Of a stretch of DNA of 64,000 nt, positions 20,218 through 29,365 are shown piece after piece. The position numbers were made by a program, and so were the translations under genes. Each line of letters opens with the position of its first letter. The stretch's first letter is position 1. Origin of the DNA: an uncultured Thermoplasmata archaeon (GTDB lineage: Archaea; Thermoplasmatota; Thermoplasmata; Lutacidiplasmatales; UBA184); NCBI GenBank assembly GCA_963787975.1, contig CAWBEU010000008.1, forward strand, positions 125,369-189,368, given 5' to 3'. The notes under the pieces were generated by a model that was not told the origin of the DNA, did no database searches, and was given only the letters and a program-made list of their open reading frames with translations.

Positions 20218-21651
20218 ATGGCGCAGGCCAAGGCCAAAGTCGTGGCCGCCGCGGACACTTCGGCCCGAGTCCCGGTCGAATACCGTACCATCGACCGCAT
20301 CGCCGGGCCTCTTCTCTTCGTACAGGACGTCGCCAACGCCGCCTACGGCGAGCTGGTCGAGATCGGTTTGCCGGACGGGACCCGTCGGCAGGGCCAGGTG
20401 CTCGATGCCCGGCGCGGTCTCGCGATCGTGCAAGCGTTCGGTCCCACGATGGGCATGAACCTGCGCGACACGTCCGTCAAGTTCCTCGGCGAGACGGCGC
20501 GGCTGCCGGTCTCCGAAGAGATGCTCGGTCGAGTCTTCGACGGGCTCGGGCAGCCCCGGGACGGGGGGCCGCGCATCGTCTCCAAGAACCCACTCGAGAT
20601 CGTGGGCAACGCGATCAACCCGTACTCGCGAGAGGAGCCGTCCGAGTTCATCCAGACGGGGATCTCCGCCATCGACGGCATGAACACCCTCGTTCGGGGA
20701 CAGAAGCTCCCGATCTTCTCGGCCGCCGGACTTCCGCACAATCAGATCGCCGCCCAGATCGTGCGACAGTCGAAACTTCGCGATTCGTCCGAGGGGTTCG
20801 CCGTCGTTTTCTGCGCGATGGGGATCACCAGCGAGGAGGCGAATTTCTTCCTCCGCGAGTTCGAGAGCACGGGAGCCCTCGAACGCGCCGTCGTGTTCCT
20901 CAACCTGTCGAGCGACCCGTCGATGGAGCGCATCGTGACGCCGCGAATGGCGCTCACGACAGCGGAGTATCTCGCCTACGAGAAGGACCTCCACATCCTG
21001 GTCGTGCTCACGGACATGACGAACTACTGCGAGGCGCTCCGAGAGGTCGCGGCCGCCCGGGACGAAGTGCCTGGCCGGCGGGGCTACCCGGGGTACATGT
21101 ACACCGACCTCGCGACGATCTACGAGCGAGCCGGGAAGATCCACGGACGCAAGGGCTCGATCACGCAGCTCCCGATCCTCACGATGCCGGCCGACGACAT
21201 CACGCACCCCATCGCCGACCTGACCGGCTACATCACGGAAGGACAGACCGTCGCCAGCCGGGAGCTCCAACGGCGGGGCGTCTATCCCCCGATCGATGTC
21301 GCCCTGTCGTTGTCCCGTCTCATGAACCAGGGCATTGGTCCGGGCCAGACCCGCGAGGACCACCGGGGGCTGTCCGACCAGCTGTTCGCCTCCTACGCCA
21401 TCGGCCGGGATCAGCGGGCCCTGTCGGCGATCGTCGGCGAGGAATCTCTCTCGGTGACGGACCGGCTCTACCTCAAGTTCGCCGACCGGTTCGAACAGGA
21501 GTTCGTGAACCAGCGGCCCGACGAGGACCGCACGATCGACGAGACGCTCGACCTCGGCTGGAAGATTCTGTCGGACTTCCCGGACAGCGAGCTCAAGCGG
21601 ATCAAGCCGGAGTTCATCGCGAAGTATCGGAAGAGCGCCCCCGCGGCCTAG
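20218..21651 (+). CDS. atpB: A/V-type ATP synthase subunit B
   Basis: [46 protein letters not shown]. Confidence 0.98.
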   Translation: MAQAKAKVVAAADTSARVPVEYRTIDRIAGPLLFVQDVANAAYGELVEIGLPDGTRRQGQVLDARRGLAIVQAFGPTMGMNLRDTSVKFLGETARLPVSEEMLGRVFDGLGQPRDGGPRIVSKNPLEIVGNAINPYSREEPSEFIQTGISAIDGMNTLVRGQKLPIFSAAGLPHNQIAAQIVRQSKLRDSSEGFAVVFCAMGITSEEANFFLREFESTGALERAVVFLNLSSDPSMERIVTPRMALTTAEYLAYEKDLHILVVLTDMTNYCEALREVAAARDEVPGRRGYPGYMYTDLATIYERAGKIHGRKGSITQLPILTMPADDITHPIADLTGYITEGQTVASRELQRRGVYPPIDVALSLSRLMNQGIGPGQTREDHRGLSDQLFASYAIGRDQRALSAIVGEESLSVTDRLYLKFADRFEQEFVNQRPDEDRTIDETLDLGWKILSDFPDSELKRIKPEFIAKYRKSAPAA

Positions 21652-21679
21652 CCCCGAGGGATCGGGTCAGGCGCAGCAG

Positions 21680-22336
21680 ATGGCGATCGAGAATGTGCGG
21701 CCGACTCGCATCGAGCTGTTACGCACCCGCCGCCGGATCCTGGTGGCGCGACGCGGGCTCAAGCTGCTCAAGCTGAAGCGCACCGCGCTGATCCAGGAGT
21801 TCTTCGCCATCTCCCGGGAGGCCCGGGAGCTGCGCGGAGACCTCCAGCGGAAGGTCGCGCGCGGCTACGGGTCGATCCGGATGGCCGAGATGCTCGAGGG
21901 ACCGGTCCGGCTCGAGAACGTCTCGACCCTCCTGCCGCAAATCCACCCGATCCGGGTCGCGACCAAGAACGTGATGGGCGTCCGTACGCCGCGCGTCGAC
22001 GGAAGCGTGTACGTGCCCCTCGAGGCGCCCCAGCTCCTCGACCTCCCGACCTCGATCGACGAATCGATCCGGCACTTCCAGGGGATTTACGTGGTCGTGC
22101 TCAACATCGCCGAGAAGGAGAACGCGATGCGGCGGCTCCTCAAGGAGATCGAGAAGACGAAGCGCCGGGCCAACGCCATCGAGAACGTGCTCGTGCCGCG
22201 CCTCGAGAACACGGTGCGCTTCATCAAGTTCCGATTCGACGAGCTGGAGCGGGACGCCTTCAGCATGCTCAAGTCCGTCAAGCGGAAGATCGAACGCGAG
22301 GCCGACGCAGCCACGGGGGGCCCGGTTGCCGCGTAA
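21680..22336 (+). CDS. atpD: A/V-type ATP synthase subunit D
   Basis: PTRIEL..LLKLKR, NVMGV, KTKRRANAIENVLVP. Confidence 0.95.
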   Translation: MAIENVRPTRIELLRTRRRILVARRGLKLLKLKRTALIQEFFAISREARELRGDLQRKVARGYGSIRMAEMLEGPVRLENVSTLLPQIHPIRVATKNVMGVRTPRVDGSVYVPLEAPQLLDLPTSIDESIRHFQGIYVVVLNIAEKENAMRRLLKEIEKTKRRANAIENVLVPRLENTVRFIKFRFDELERDAFSMLKSVKRKIEREADAATGGPVAA

Positions 22337-22436
22337 CGTGGCCGTGTTCGCCCGGGCACAGATGGGCCTCAGCACGCTGCGCGTGGCCGCCGTCGTCGTG
22401 GCACTCGTGGCGCTCAAACTAGCAGGAGTGATCTGA
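22326..22436 (+). CDS. Putative single-TM micro-protein (32-36 aa) inside the ATP synthase operon
   Basis: Open frame (TTG 22326 or GTG 22338) encoding (MPRN)VAVFARAQMGLSTLRVAAVVVALVALKLAGVI-stop fills the atpD-atpH gap. Confidence 0.45.
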   Translation: MPRNVAVFARAQMGLSTLRVAAVVVALVALKLAGVI

Positions 22437-22440
22437 TTCG

Positions 22441-22797
22441 ATGGCCGCTACCTCAGAGGGCGGGACCGGGAGCCCGGACAGTCTGGCGTCGTTGGAACGA
22501 CTGAAGCAGGTCGAGACCGACGGGGACGGGCGTCTCCGGATGGTCCGGGAGAAGATCGACCAGACCCTCTCCCAGCTGCGCAACGATGGCGAAGTCCAGA
22601 TCCATGCTGCCCGGGAGCAGGCCGAGCTGGAGGCCGCCACGATGCTCGAGGGCGCCCAGTTGGACGCCGACGCGGAGGCGGCCCGAATCATCGCCGACGC
22701 GAAGGCCACGCTCGCCCAGCGCGCCGAGGCCGGCCCCGCGGACCTGACGAACGCGTGGCCCGACATCTTGCGGGTCCTGTTCGGCGAGTTCGACTGA
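22441..22797 (+). CDS. atpH: A-type ATP synthase subunit H (peripheral stalk, G-like)
   Basis: Charged coiled-coil protein (LERLKQVE..AEAARIIADAK) directly upstream of subunit I. Confidence 0.75.
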   Translation: MAATSEGGTGSPDSLASLERLKQVETDGDGRLRMVREKIDQTLSQLRNDGEVQIHAAREQAELEAATMLEGAQLDADAEAARIIADAKATLAQRAEAGPADLTNAWPDILRVLFGEFD

Positions 22798-22824
22798 GCA
22801 CTGTCCACTCACAGCGGAGAGACG

Positions 22825-24834
22825 ATGGGATTCCTGCGACCGGTTCTGATGACCAAGGTCGGCGTGGTCGGTCTCAAGACCGACCGCGAGACCATTCTCT
22901 CGGTCCTCCACGACCAGGGCGTCATCCAGGTCGAGCCGCTCAGCAAGCCGACCCTCGCGATCTTCCCCGCCGAAGGCACCCCCGACATGCAACGCCAAGT
23001 GGCCGACCAGCTGCTCCGGATCCGGGGCATCAAGAGCGCCCTGCCGCCGACGGGATCCGTCGTGGCCCAGGCGTTCCCGACTATGGACGGGCTGCTCGCG
23101 GCGGCCCGCGCGATCCCGATCGAGGTCACCGTGACCGCCCTGAAGCGGGAGGAGGAAAAACTCCAGACAGAACGCAAGTCCGTCGCGGACCTCCTCGCCC
23201 TACTGGACCGTTTCTCGTTCTACAACGGTCCGCTTGAGTACCTTCACCTGGAGCACCTGCTCAGCTTCTTCGGAGAGGCTCGGACGGAGAACTACGCGCC
23301 GCTCCGGGGCCAGATCTCGGCGATGGCCGACGTGGTCTTCCTGGAGTCGCCGGGCCCCGACACCGTTCGGTTCGTCCTCGCCGTGAACTCCGACCAGGCG
23401 GAGGCCGTGAGTCGACTGGCGCAGCAACGGGGCGTGGTCCTCACCTCGGTGCCCCCGCTGAATGGCACGATCTCCCAGAAGAAGCCCGAGCTCGAACGAC
23501 GGCGGGCGACGCTGGACGCCCGGCTCGCGGAGATCCGGGGCCAGCTCGGCGAACTCGCGAAGGAGTGGTACGCCCCGGTGGCGTCGATCGAGGAAGCGCT
23601 TACGATCGAGGCCCGCAAGCTCGAGGTCTACGGCCGGATCGGCGCGGGAGAAACGGTCTTCGCGCTCGAGGGATGGGTCCCGCTGCGCTCCCGGCCGAAG
23701 CTCGAAGCGGCCCTGTCAGCGGCGACGCAGGACCGGACGGCGTTCTACCCCGTTCCGACGACCGAGGAAGCCCCTACGCTCCTCGACAATCCGAAGTGGG
23801 TCCGGCGCTTCGAGTTCTTCATCCGGTTCTACGCGCTCCCCCAGTCGGACGAGTGGGACCCGACCTGGCTCTTCGCCCTCGCGTTCCCGCTCTTCTTCGG
23901 TTTCATGCTCTCGGACATCGGCTACGGGCTCGTGATCCTGGGGTTCTCGGTGTGGATGGTCGCGGGATTCCCCGGCCGCCAGTACGTGCCGGGTTTCCTC
24001 AAGGGGTTCCTCAAGCGAATCATGTCACCCCAGGCGATGCAGTCCCTGGCGTGGACGCTGATCCCCGCCTCGCTCATGGCGATCCTGTTCGGATGGTTCT
24101 CGAACGAGGTCTTCGGCCCGATCGTCTCCCTTCCCGGGCCGCACTGGGACGTTCGGAGCAATCTGGGGGACCTGTTCCTCGTCGCCGGCTTCATCGGCCT
24201 CACGATGGTCGTGCTGGGATTCGTTCTAGGCGCACTGAAGGCGTACTATCACCACCACCCCAAGGAGATGATCGCCCGGCTGGCCGGCATCGCGATCGCC
24301 TTCGGGCTCACCTTCCTAGGCCTCCAGCTGGTCAGCAAGACGTTCAAGCGGCTCCTCGGACCACTCACTTTGACGGCGCCGACCCCCGCCACCGTCGTTG
24401 AGCTCGCGCTCCTCGTCGTGGGCATCGGGGCGATCTTCTATGCCGAAGGCGGCCAAGGCATCCTCGCCCTCACCGAGATCCTGAGCCATATCCTGTCGTT
24501 CCTCCGGCTCGTCGGCATCCTGCTCTCGTCCGTCGTCGTGGCGATCCTCGTGAACCACATCGCGGGTGGGATGTACCATTCGGGGATTGCCGGAAGTCTG
24601 ATTCTCGGCGCGATCTTCGGCGCGATCATCCTCGTCGGGGGACAGATCTTCAACCTCGTCCTCGCCGTCTTCGCGCCCGGCATCCAAGGGGCCCGGTTGA
24701 TCTTCGTCGAGACCTTCTCGAAGTTCTACACCGGGAACGGCAGGCCGTTCCGACCCTTCGGCAGCCGACGGGTCCACACGGTACCCACGACGATCGGTTT
24801 CGCCACCGCGGGGGCCCCCCCACCGCCCCCGTAG
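22825..24834 (+). CDS. atpI: A/V-type ATP synthase subunit I (a)
   Basis: EGWVP, PTLLDNP, DPT..FFGFMLSDIGYG, SHILSFLRL, RLIFVETFSKFY. Confidence 0.96.
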   Translation: MGFLRPVLMTKVGVVGLKTDRETILSVLHDQGVIQVEPLSKPTLAIFPAEGTPDMQRQVADQLLRIRGIKSALPPTGSVVAQAFPTMDGLLAAARAIPIEVTVTALKREEEKLQTERKSVADLLALLDRFSFYNGPLEYLHLEHLLSFFGEARTENYAPLRGQISAMADVVFLESPGPDTVRFVLAVNSDQAEAVSRLAQQRGVVLTSVPPLNGTISQKKPELERRRATLDARLAEIRGQLGELAKEWYAPVASIEEALTIEARKLEVYGRIGAGETVFALEGWVPLRSRPKLEAALSAATQDRTAFYPVPTTEEAPTLLDNPKWVRRFEFFIRFYALPQSDEWDPTWLFALAFPLFFGFMLSDIGYGLVILGFSVWMVAGFPGRQYVPGFLKGFLKRIMSPQAMQSLAWTLIPASLMAILFGWFSNEVFGPIVSLPGPHWDVRSNLGDLFLVAGFIGLTMVVLGFVLGALKAYYHHHPKEMIARLAGIAIAFGLTFLGLQLVSKTFKRLLGPLTLTAPTPATVVELALLVVGIGAIFYAEGGQGILALTEILSHILSFLRLVGILLSSVVVAILVNHIAGGMYHSGIAGSLILGAIFGAIILVGGQIFNLVLAVFAPGIQGARLIFVETFSKFYTGNGRPFRPFGSRRVHTVPTTIGFATAGAPPPPP

Positions 24835-24853
24835 GGCTGCGACCGTCTCGCCG

Positions 24854-25933
24854 TCAGAGCGACGGCGAGACCAGGAGCGGCTCGAACTGATCCCGCGGCA
24901 CGCCGTAGGCCTTCGCGTACACGATCCGCTGGAGGTCGTTGCGCTCGAGCTCCGCGAGTAGCAGGAAGGCGAAGATCACCGAGAGTGAGAGCGGGTACGA
25001 ACGGAGCTGCTTCAGCTGGTCGATGGCTCGCTGGCGGGTCAGGGCGGCCTCGAACCCGACCAGGCTGCGGTCGGTACGATACCGCTCAAGGCCATCGACT
25101 AACCGAGGGGCACGGGTCTCGAGCGCCTGGACGAGGTCCGGGACGTCACGCGCCGTCGAGTAGAGGTCCTGCGCGGCGGCCTTCCCCCAGTCGCCGCCCT
25201 CGAGGAACCTCGGGAAAACGACCTCGGGGGCGAAGCTCGCGTCCCGACCCTTGAGGAGCAGCAGGACGTTCCGTACGTCGATCTCGGTCTGGATGAACCG
25301 GCGGACGGTCCACTCGTCCCCCTGAAAGAACCTCGTCGCTTCCAAGAGCTGGGCGTAGTAGTACCGGTCCAGGGCGGACAGCAGCGGGAAAATATCCTTC
25401 GTCCGCTGGAAGTTCTCGACCAGCGGCAGGAGCACCGCCCCATAGCCGAACTTGACCAGGCCCTGGACCACGGCCTCGACGTTCGGCGCCTGCATCAGCA
25501 GGCGGAAGTCATCGAGCACCATCGGACCCGCGAGCAGTCCGGCGGGGAGCTCGCGCGGCGAGACCAGGAAGGTCTCCTCTTCGGTGAGGGCCCGCCCTTG
25601 CACCTTCGCGGCCAGGATCGCCCCGACGTTTTGGATGTCCCAGCGCCGCAGGTACGCCTGGACGATCGGCCGGCCGGCGAACGGGGCGACATCGAGGCCC
25701 ATCCGGTTCCGTTGGACGAAGTACCGGTTCACGGCCACCTCGATCAGGTCCGCGCCGCGGTAGGTGGCCGCGGCCTGTCCGAGGTACGGGCCGTACGGCG
25801 TGGGCTCGAGCGACTTCGCGATCTCGCCGACGTCGGGGGCGTTGGCGAGAGTAGCGTACGTGTCCTTGGGGAGGAACGAGGGCAGCTGGGCCTTGATCCG
25901 GCCCAACGGGCTCGCGTAGGGGGAACTCGACAT
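24854..25933 (-). CDS. atpC: A/V-type ATP synthase subunit C
   Basis: YLRRWDIQNV, LDRYYY, EIDVRNVLLLLKG, ELERNDLQRIVYAK. Confidence 0.92.
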   Translation of the reverse strand: MSSSPYASPLGRIKAQLPSFLPKDTYATLANAPDVGEIAKSLEPTPYGPYLGQAAATYRGADLIEVAVNRYFVQRNRMGLDVAPFAGRPIVQAYLRRWDIQNVGAILAAKVQGRALTEEETFLVSPRELPAGLLAGPMVLDDFRLLMQAPNVEAVVQGLVKFGYGAVLLPLVENFQRTKDIFPLLSALDRYYYAQLLEATRFFQGDEWTVRRFIQTEIDVRNVLLLLKGRDASFAPEVVFPRFLEGGDWGKAAAQDLYSTARDVPDLVQALETRAPRLVDGLERYRTDRSLVGFEAALTRQRAIDQLKQLRSYPLSLSVIFAFLLLAELERNDLQRIVYAKAYGVPRDQFEPLLVSPSL

Positions 25934-25948
25934 CTGGCGCGCCCTCCG

Positions 25949-26503
25949 CTACGTCGGGAGGATCGACCGGAGCTCGTCCTCGCGGAGGAGGAGAAGCTCG
26001 TCGAACGTGAGGTTCAACCGCCGACTGCCATCCGACGTCTCGGCGACGAACCCGCCGGTGACGGGCACCGGGGTGTCGTCGTATCCGGTGCCCGCGATCG
26101 ACCGCAGCAGCTTCGCGTCCTCCGTCCGGCCACGAACCTTGAGGTCCTTCCCGAGGCGGCCGGTGGCGGCGGCATACATGCGCTTCAGCAGCTTCGGATA
26201 CTCCGGGCTTGCGGTGTAGGTTGCGAGCTGGGCCTTCACGGTCTCGAGGAGTTCCTGCGTCCGGGTCTCCTGGAACTCGTACCCCAGCTTCTTCGCCTCG
26301 AGACGCGCCCCCGCGATGCGGCGGATACGCTCTCGGGCCGCTTCTCGCGTAGCGCGGCGAAGGGTCTCGGACCGTATCGCGTCGATCCGACGCGCCCGGT
26401 CGGCCAGAATCTCGGCCTGCTCCTTCTCGAAGCGGGTCTGTTCGCTGGCGATCTGCTGCTGCGCACGGCTCTCTATCTCCGCGACGAGGCGCTCGAGGCT
26501 CAT
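25949..26503 (-). CDS. atpE: A/V-type ATP synthase subunit E
   Basis: MSLERLVAEI coiled coil; GGFVAETSDG..LNLTFDELL C-terminus; lies between K and C. Confidence 0.88.
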   Translation of the reverse strand: MSLERLVAEIESRAQQQIASEQTRFEKEQAEILADRARRIDAIRSETLRRATREAARERIRRIAGARLEAKKLGYEFQETRTQELLETVKAQLATYTASPEYPKLLKRMYAAATGRLGKDLKVRGRTEDAKLLRSIAGTGYDDTPVPVTGGFVAETSDGSRRLNLTFDELLLLREDELRSILPT

Positions 26504-26518
26504 CGGCGGGCCGTGTCC

Positions 26519-26746
26519 CTAGAACACCTGCAAGAGGAGCAGGATTCCGAGCGCCAAGCCGATGATCCACAGCGTTTCGGGAATCACAAAGAAGAACAGC
26601 ACTTGACCGAACTTCTCCGGCTTCTCGGCGATGATCCCCATGCCGGCCGCCCCGATACCGGACTGGGCCATGCCCGTCCCGATGAGTCCGCCCGCGATCG
26701 CAATGCCGGCCGCGAGGGCAAGTATGGCCGATCCCGTATCTACCAT
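26519..26746 (-). CDS. atpK: A-type ATP synthase proteolipid subunit K (c), single hairpin
   Basis: AQSGIGAAGMGIIAEKPEKFG..IPETLWIIG. TTATATAC TATA upstream. Confidence 0.95.
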   Translation of the reverse strand: MVDTGSAILALAAGIAIAGGLIGTGMAQSGIGAAGMGIIAEKPEKFGQVLFFFVIPETLWIIGLALGILLLLQVF

Positions 26747-26869
26747 GGGTCGATCTCCGGCCGCCGAGTTGGGTGCAGTATATAACGCGAGACCCGTGCG
26801 AAATCCGCCCATCTCCTCGCCGGTGGAGGGGAGCCGGAACCGCGCCGCCCGGAGGGGGTGCTCCGGGCG

Positions 26870-26888
26870 CCGGGTTACTATAACCCGG
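26870..26888. promoter_or_regulatory. Perfect inverted repeat CCGGGTTA-CTA-TAACCCGG overlapping the TATA of the DUF169 gene
   Basis: 8-bp arms seen directly; contains TATAA ~30 nt upstream of ATG 26914. Confidence 0.5.
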
Positions 26889-26913
26889 ACTATCCTGGGG
26901 TCTCCCGAGGACC

Positions 26914-27644
26914 ATGACCGAGCATCTCAAGGAGATCGCCGCACAGCTGACAAAGGACCTGGACCTGGACATGCCACCGGTGCAGGTCTCCTATCTGGAT
27001 GCGCCTCCCGCCGGCGTGCCGGAACACCCGGGAGGCGTCCCCTCCGTATGCACCTTCTTCGCCTTGGGTACTGAGAAGACGTTCTACGCCGGCCTCCCCC
27101 AGCACGAAGACTGCGAGATTGGGGCGTTCGTACTCGGAATCCCCCCCGAGGGCACCGTAGGGGCTCGTCTCATGGGAACCATCGGCACGATGCAGAAGGA
27201 GGGCTACCTCAACCCCGGCGAAGAGGCCCATGTGCCGCACAACGCGAAGGCGCCCAAGTACGTCGCCTACGGCCCGCTCGGGTCGTTGCCGATGGCGCCG
27301 ACCAGCGTGCTGCTGTTCGCCCGACCGGATTCCGCCATGCTGGCCCTCGAGACGGCAGGGGCCGGCGACGACGCCCCGCCGGTTCCGATGAACGGACGGC
27401 CGATGTGCGCCATCATGCCGATCATGAACAACGGCGCCCGAGTGGCGGTCTCGCTGGGCTGCACCGGCTCCGGATCTACACGGAGATGGGGAACGACCGG
27501 ATGGTGGTGGGCATCCGTGGGGACCACCTGGACCAGTTCGCGAAAAAGCTGTCCAGGATCGCGCACGCGAACGAGTGGGTCAAGGTCGAGGACAGCCGCC
27601 GGAAGAGGGAGTCCTCCCACTCGTTCCACCGGGCGGCACGCTGA
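26914..27644 (+). CDS. DUF169-like protein (one-base deletion near 27470)
   Basis: SVCTFF, DCEIGAFVLG, YGPL, RPMCA, SLGCTG; continues RIYTEMGNDRMVVGI in another frame. Confidence 0.75.
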
Positions 27645-27653
27645 GCCGGTCGC

Positions 27654-28127
27654 TTACGCAGTTTCGGTGGACGGCGCCCGCCGCGCCGAGCGCCCGGAGC
27701 CGCTCGAGGGCCTCCGGAGCAGGACGGCCGTGACGAGCACGACCGCGTTCGCTAGGTACGAGGCGAAGCAGACCAAGCAAAAGGCGTGGATCACGAACAA
27801 TTCGATCGCTGTGAAGTACAGCGAGAACGCGAACCCCGCCGCCGAGACCAGCATCAGCGCGTCCAGCCAGCGTCCCCGGCCGAGACGGTAGACCTGGACG
27901 TCGAGGAGGAACATGACGGCGAACCCGCCGATCCCCCAGGCGTAATCCGGGATCCCGAGCGTCGTGGTGTAATTGCTCTGGTCTACTTTGCTGCAGGAGA
28001 GGAAGGGGGAGACCGAACAGAACCCCCGGAGGGCTGGGTCGAGCGTCTCGACGGCCGAGAACAGCGCGAACGCCAGGCCGGCGACGATCGCGAGCGGAAG
28101 GATCGCGTGGAGTGTCTCTGACCGCAT
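27654..28127 (-). CDS. Vitamin K epoxide reductase (VKOR) family disulfide-forming membrane protein
   Basis: CSVSPFLSCSKVDQS loop cysteines; IHAFCLVC active-site CxxC; 4 TM segments. Confidence 0.9.
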   Translation of the reverse strand: MRSETLHAILPLAIVAGLAFALFSAVETLDPALRGFCSVSPFLSCSKVDQSNYTTTLGIPDYAWGIGGFAVMFLLDVQVYRLGRGRWLDALMLVSAAGFAFSLYFTAIELFVIHAFCLVCFASYLANAVVLVTAVLLRRPSSGSGRSARRAPSTETA

Positions 28128-28136
28128 GGGAGGTGC

Positions 28137-29243
28137 CTAGCCGATCTGGTCGTAGTCCGACAGGACGTTCCCGGTAAGGAGCGCCGCCGGTTGACCGCCG
28201 TCGACCTTCAGGATAAACGCGGTCAGCCAGTCGGCCGCCGGCGAGACCGCGGTCCATGCCGGGCCGCTCTGGGATTGAATCTGCCCGTTGACCTGGGCGG
28301 TCGTCAGCGTGGCGAGGGCCGATGGTTCGACCAGCGTCCCCACGAGGTAGTAGTGGCCTCCGACCACCATGAACGGGATATCCCCCGTCGAGTCGTAGGC
28401 CACGAAGTAGGCGTTCTGGTACTCGTTGGCGAACCCGGGAAGCTGGATCGAGGGTGTGTAGGAGCTCTCGGCGACCTGGAGCGAGATGTAGGAGCTCGTG
28501 AGCTGCGCGTTCGCTAGAAGGATTTCCGGTGTGCTGGGACCCGCGGGATCGGTGGGGCTGGAATACGTGTAGGAGTAACCGGTGAGCGAGCCGAATCGCT
28601 CGAGCGCCGAGGCGACCGCCCAGCTGGAGGCGGAGCAGAAGGGGCACGCGGCGGACCCGAAGAAGAAGAACACCGGTTTGCCGTCCGACGTCCACAAGGG
28701 ATTCCCGCACTGATGGAAATTATCCGCCGAGGAGCTGCACGGGACCAGCGTCGGATACCCCAGCAGGAGCCCGGCGATGCCGAACACGGCAGACAGGAGC
28801 AGCCCTAGGATGATACCGATGGCGAGGGCTCCCCGGAACACCGTCGACCATTTCTTCTCGGCGCGGAGGAGGCCGAAGGCCAGGAGGAATGCCGATGCCG
28901 CCAGCGCCAGCCCCAGTGTGGGGATCGCGCTGATGAAGACGCCCACCGGCGAGGGAATGAAGTAGGCGATGACGAACCAGATCGCGAAGAGCGGAGTGAG
29001 CAGCATCCCAACGCGGGCGATGGTCCACTTGGATTTCTGGCCCGTTCGTTGGGTCGCCTTGGACTCCTCGGCCTTCGGCTCCCGGCTCGCCGCCCGAGCC
29101 CGCTTCGCGTAGAGGGAGCGGAGGGCCCGACCCTTGTCCGTGACCCCTCGGGGAGCCTGGTAGGCGACGTCGGGATCCTCGGCGATCCGGTCCCAGTCCC
29201 AGCCCTTGTTCCGGAGCTCCTCGGCGCGGTCCCAGTCCACCAT
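28137..29243 (-). CDS. DUF929-family membrane-anchored thioredoxin-fold protein
   Basis: GKPVFFFFGSAACPFCSASSW..ALERFG, DIPF cis-Pro motif; 3 TM segments; upstream of VKOR. Confidence 0.8.
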   Translation of the reverse strand: MVDWDRAEELRNKGWDWDRIAEDPDVAYQAPRGVTDKGRALRSLYAKRARAASREPKAEESKATQRTGQKSKWTIARVGMLLTPLFAIWFVIAYFIPSPVGVFISAIPTLGLALAASAFLLAFGLLRAEKKWSTVFRGALAIGIILGLLLSAVFGIAGLLLGYPTLVPCSSSADNFHQCGNPLWTSDGKPVFFFFGSAACPFCSASSWAVASALERFGSLTGYSYTYSSPTDPAGPSTPEILLANAQLTSSYISLQVAESSYTPSIQLPGFANEYQNAYFVAYDSTGDIPFMVVGGHYYLVGTLVEPSALATLTTAQVNGQIQSQSGPAWTAVSPAADWLTAFILKVDGGQPAALLTGNVLSDYDQIG

Positions 29244-29365
29244 ATGCGGAGTTTCCTAGCCCCGGGAAGTACAAGTGGATTTCAGGGTCGGAGAAACCGG
29301 GCCTCAAACGGGCGGCTCCCCCTCGGCCCCCCGGGACCTAATATCGGTGGCCCCTTCCCCTCGCC

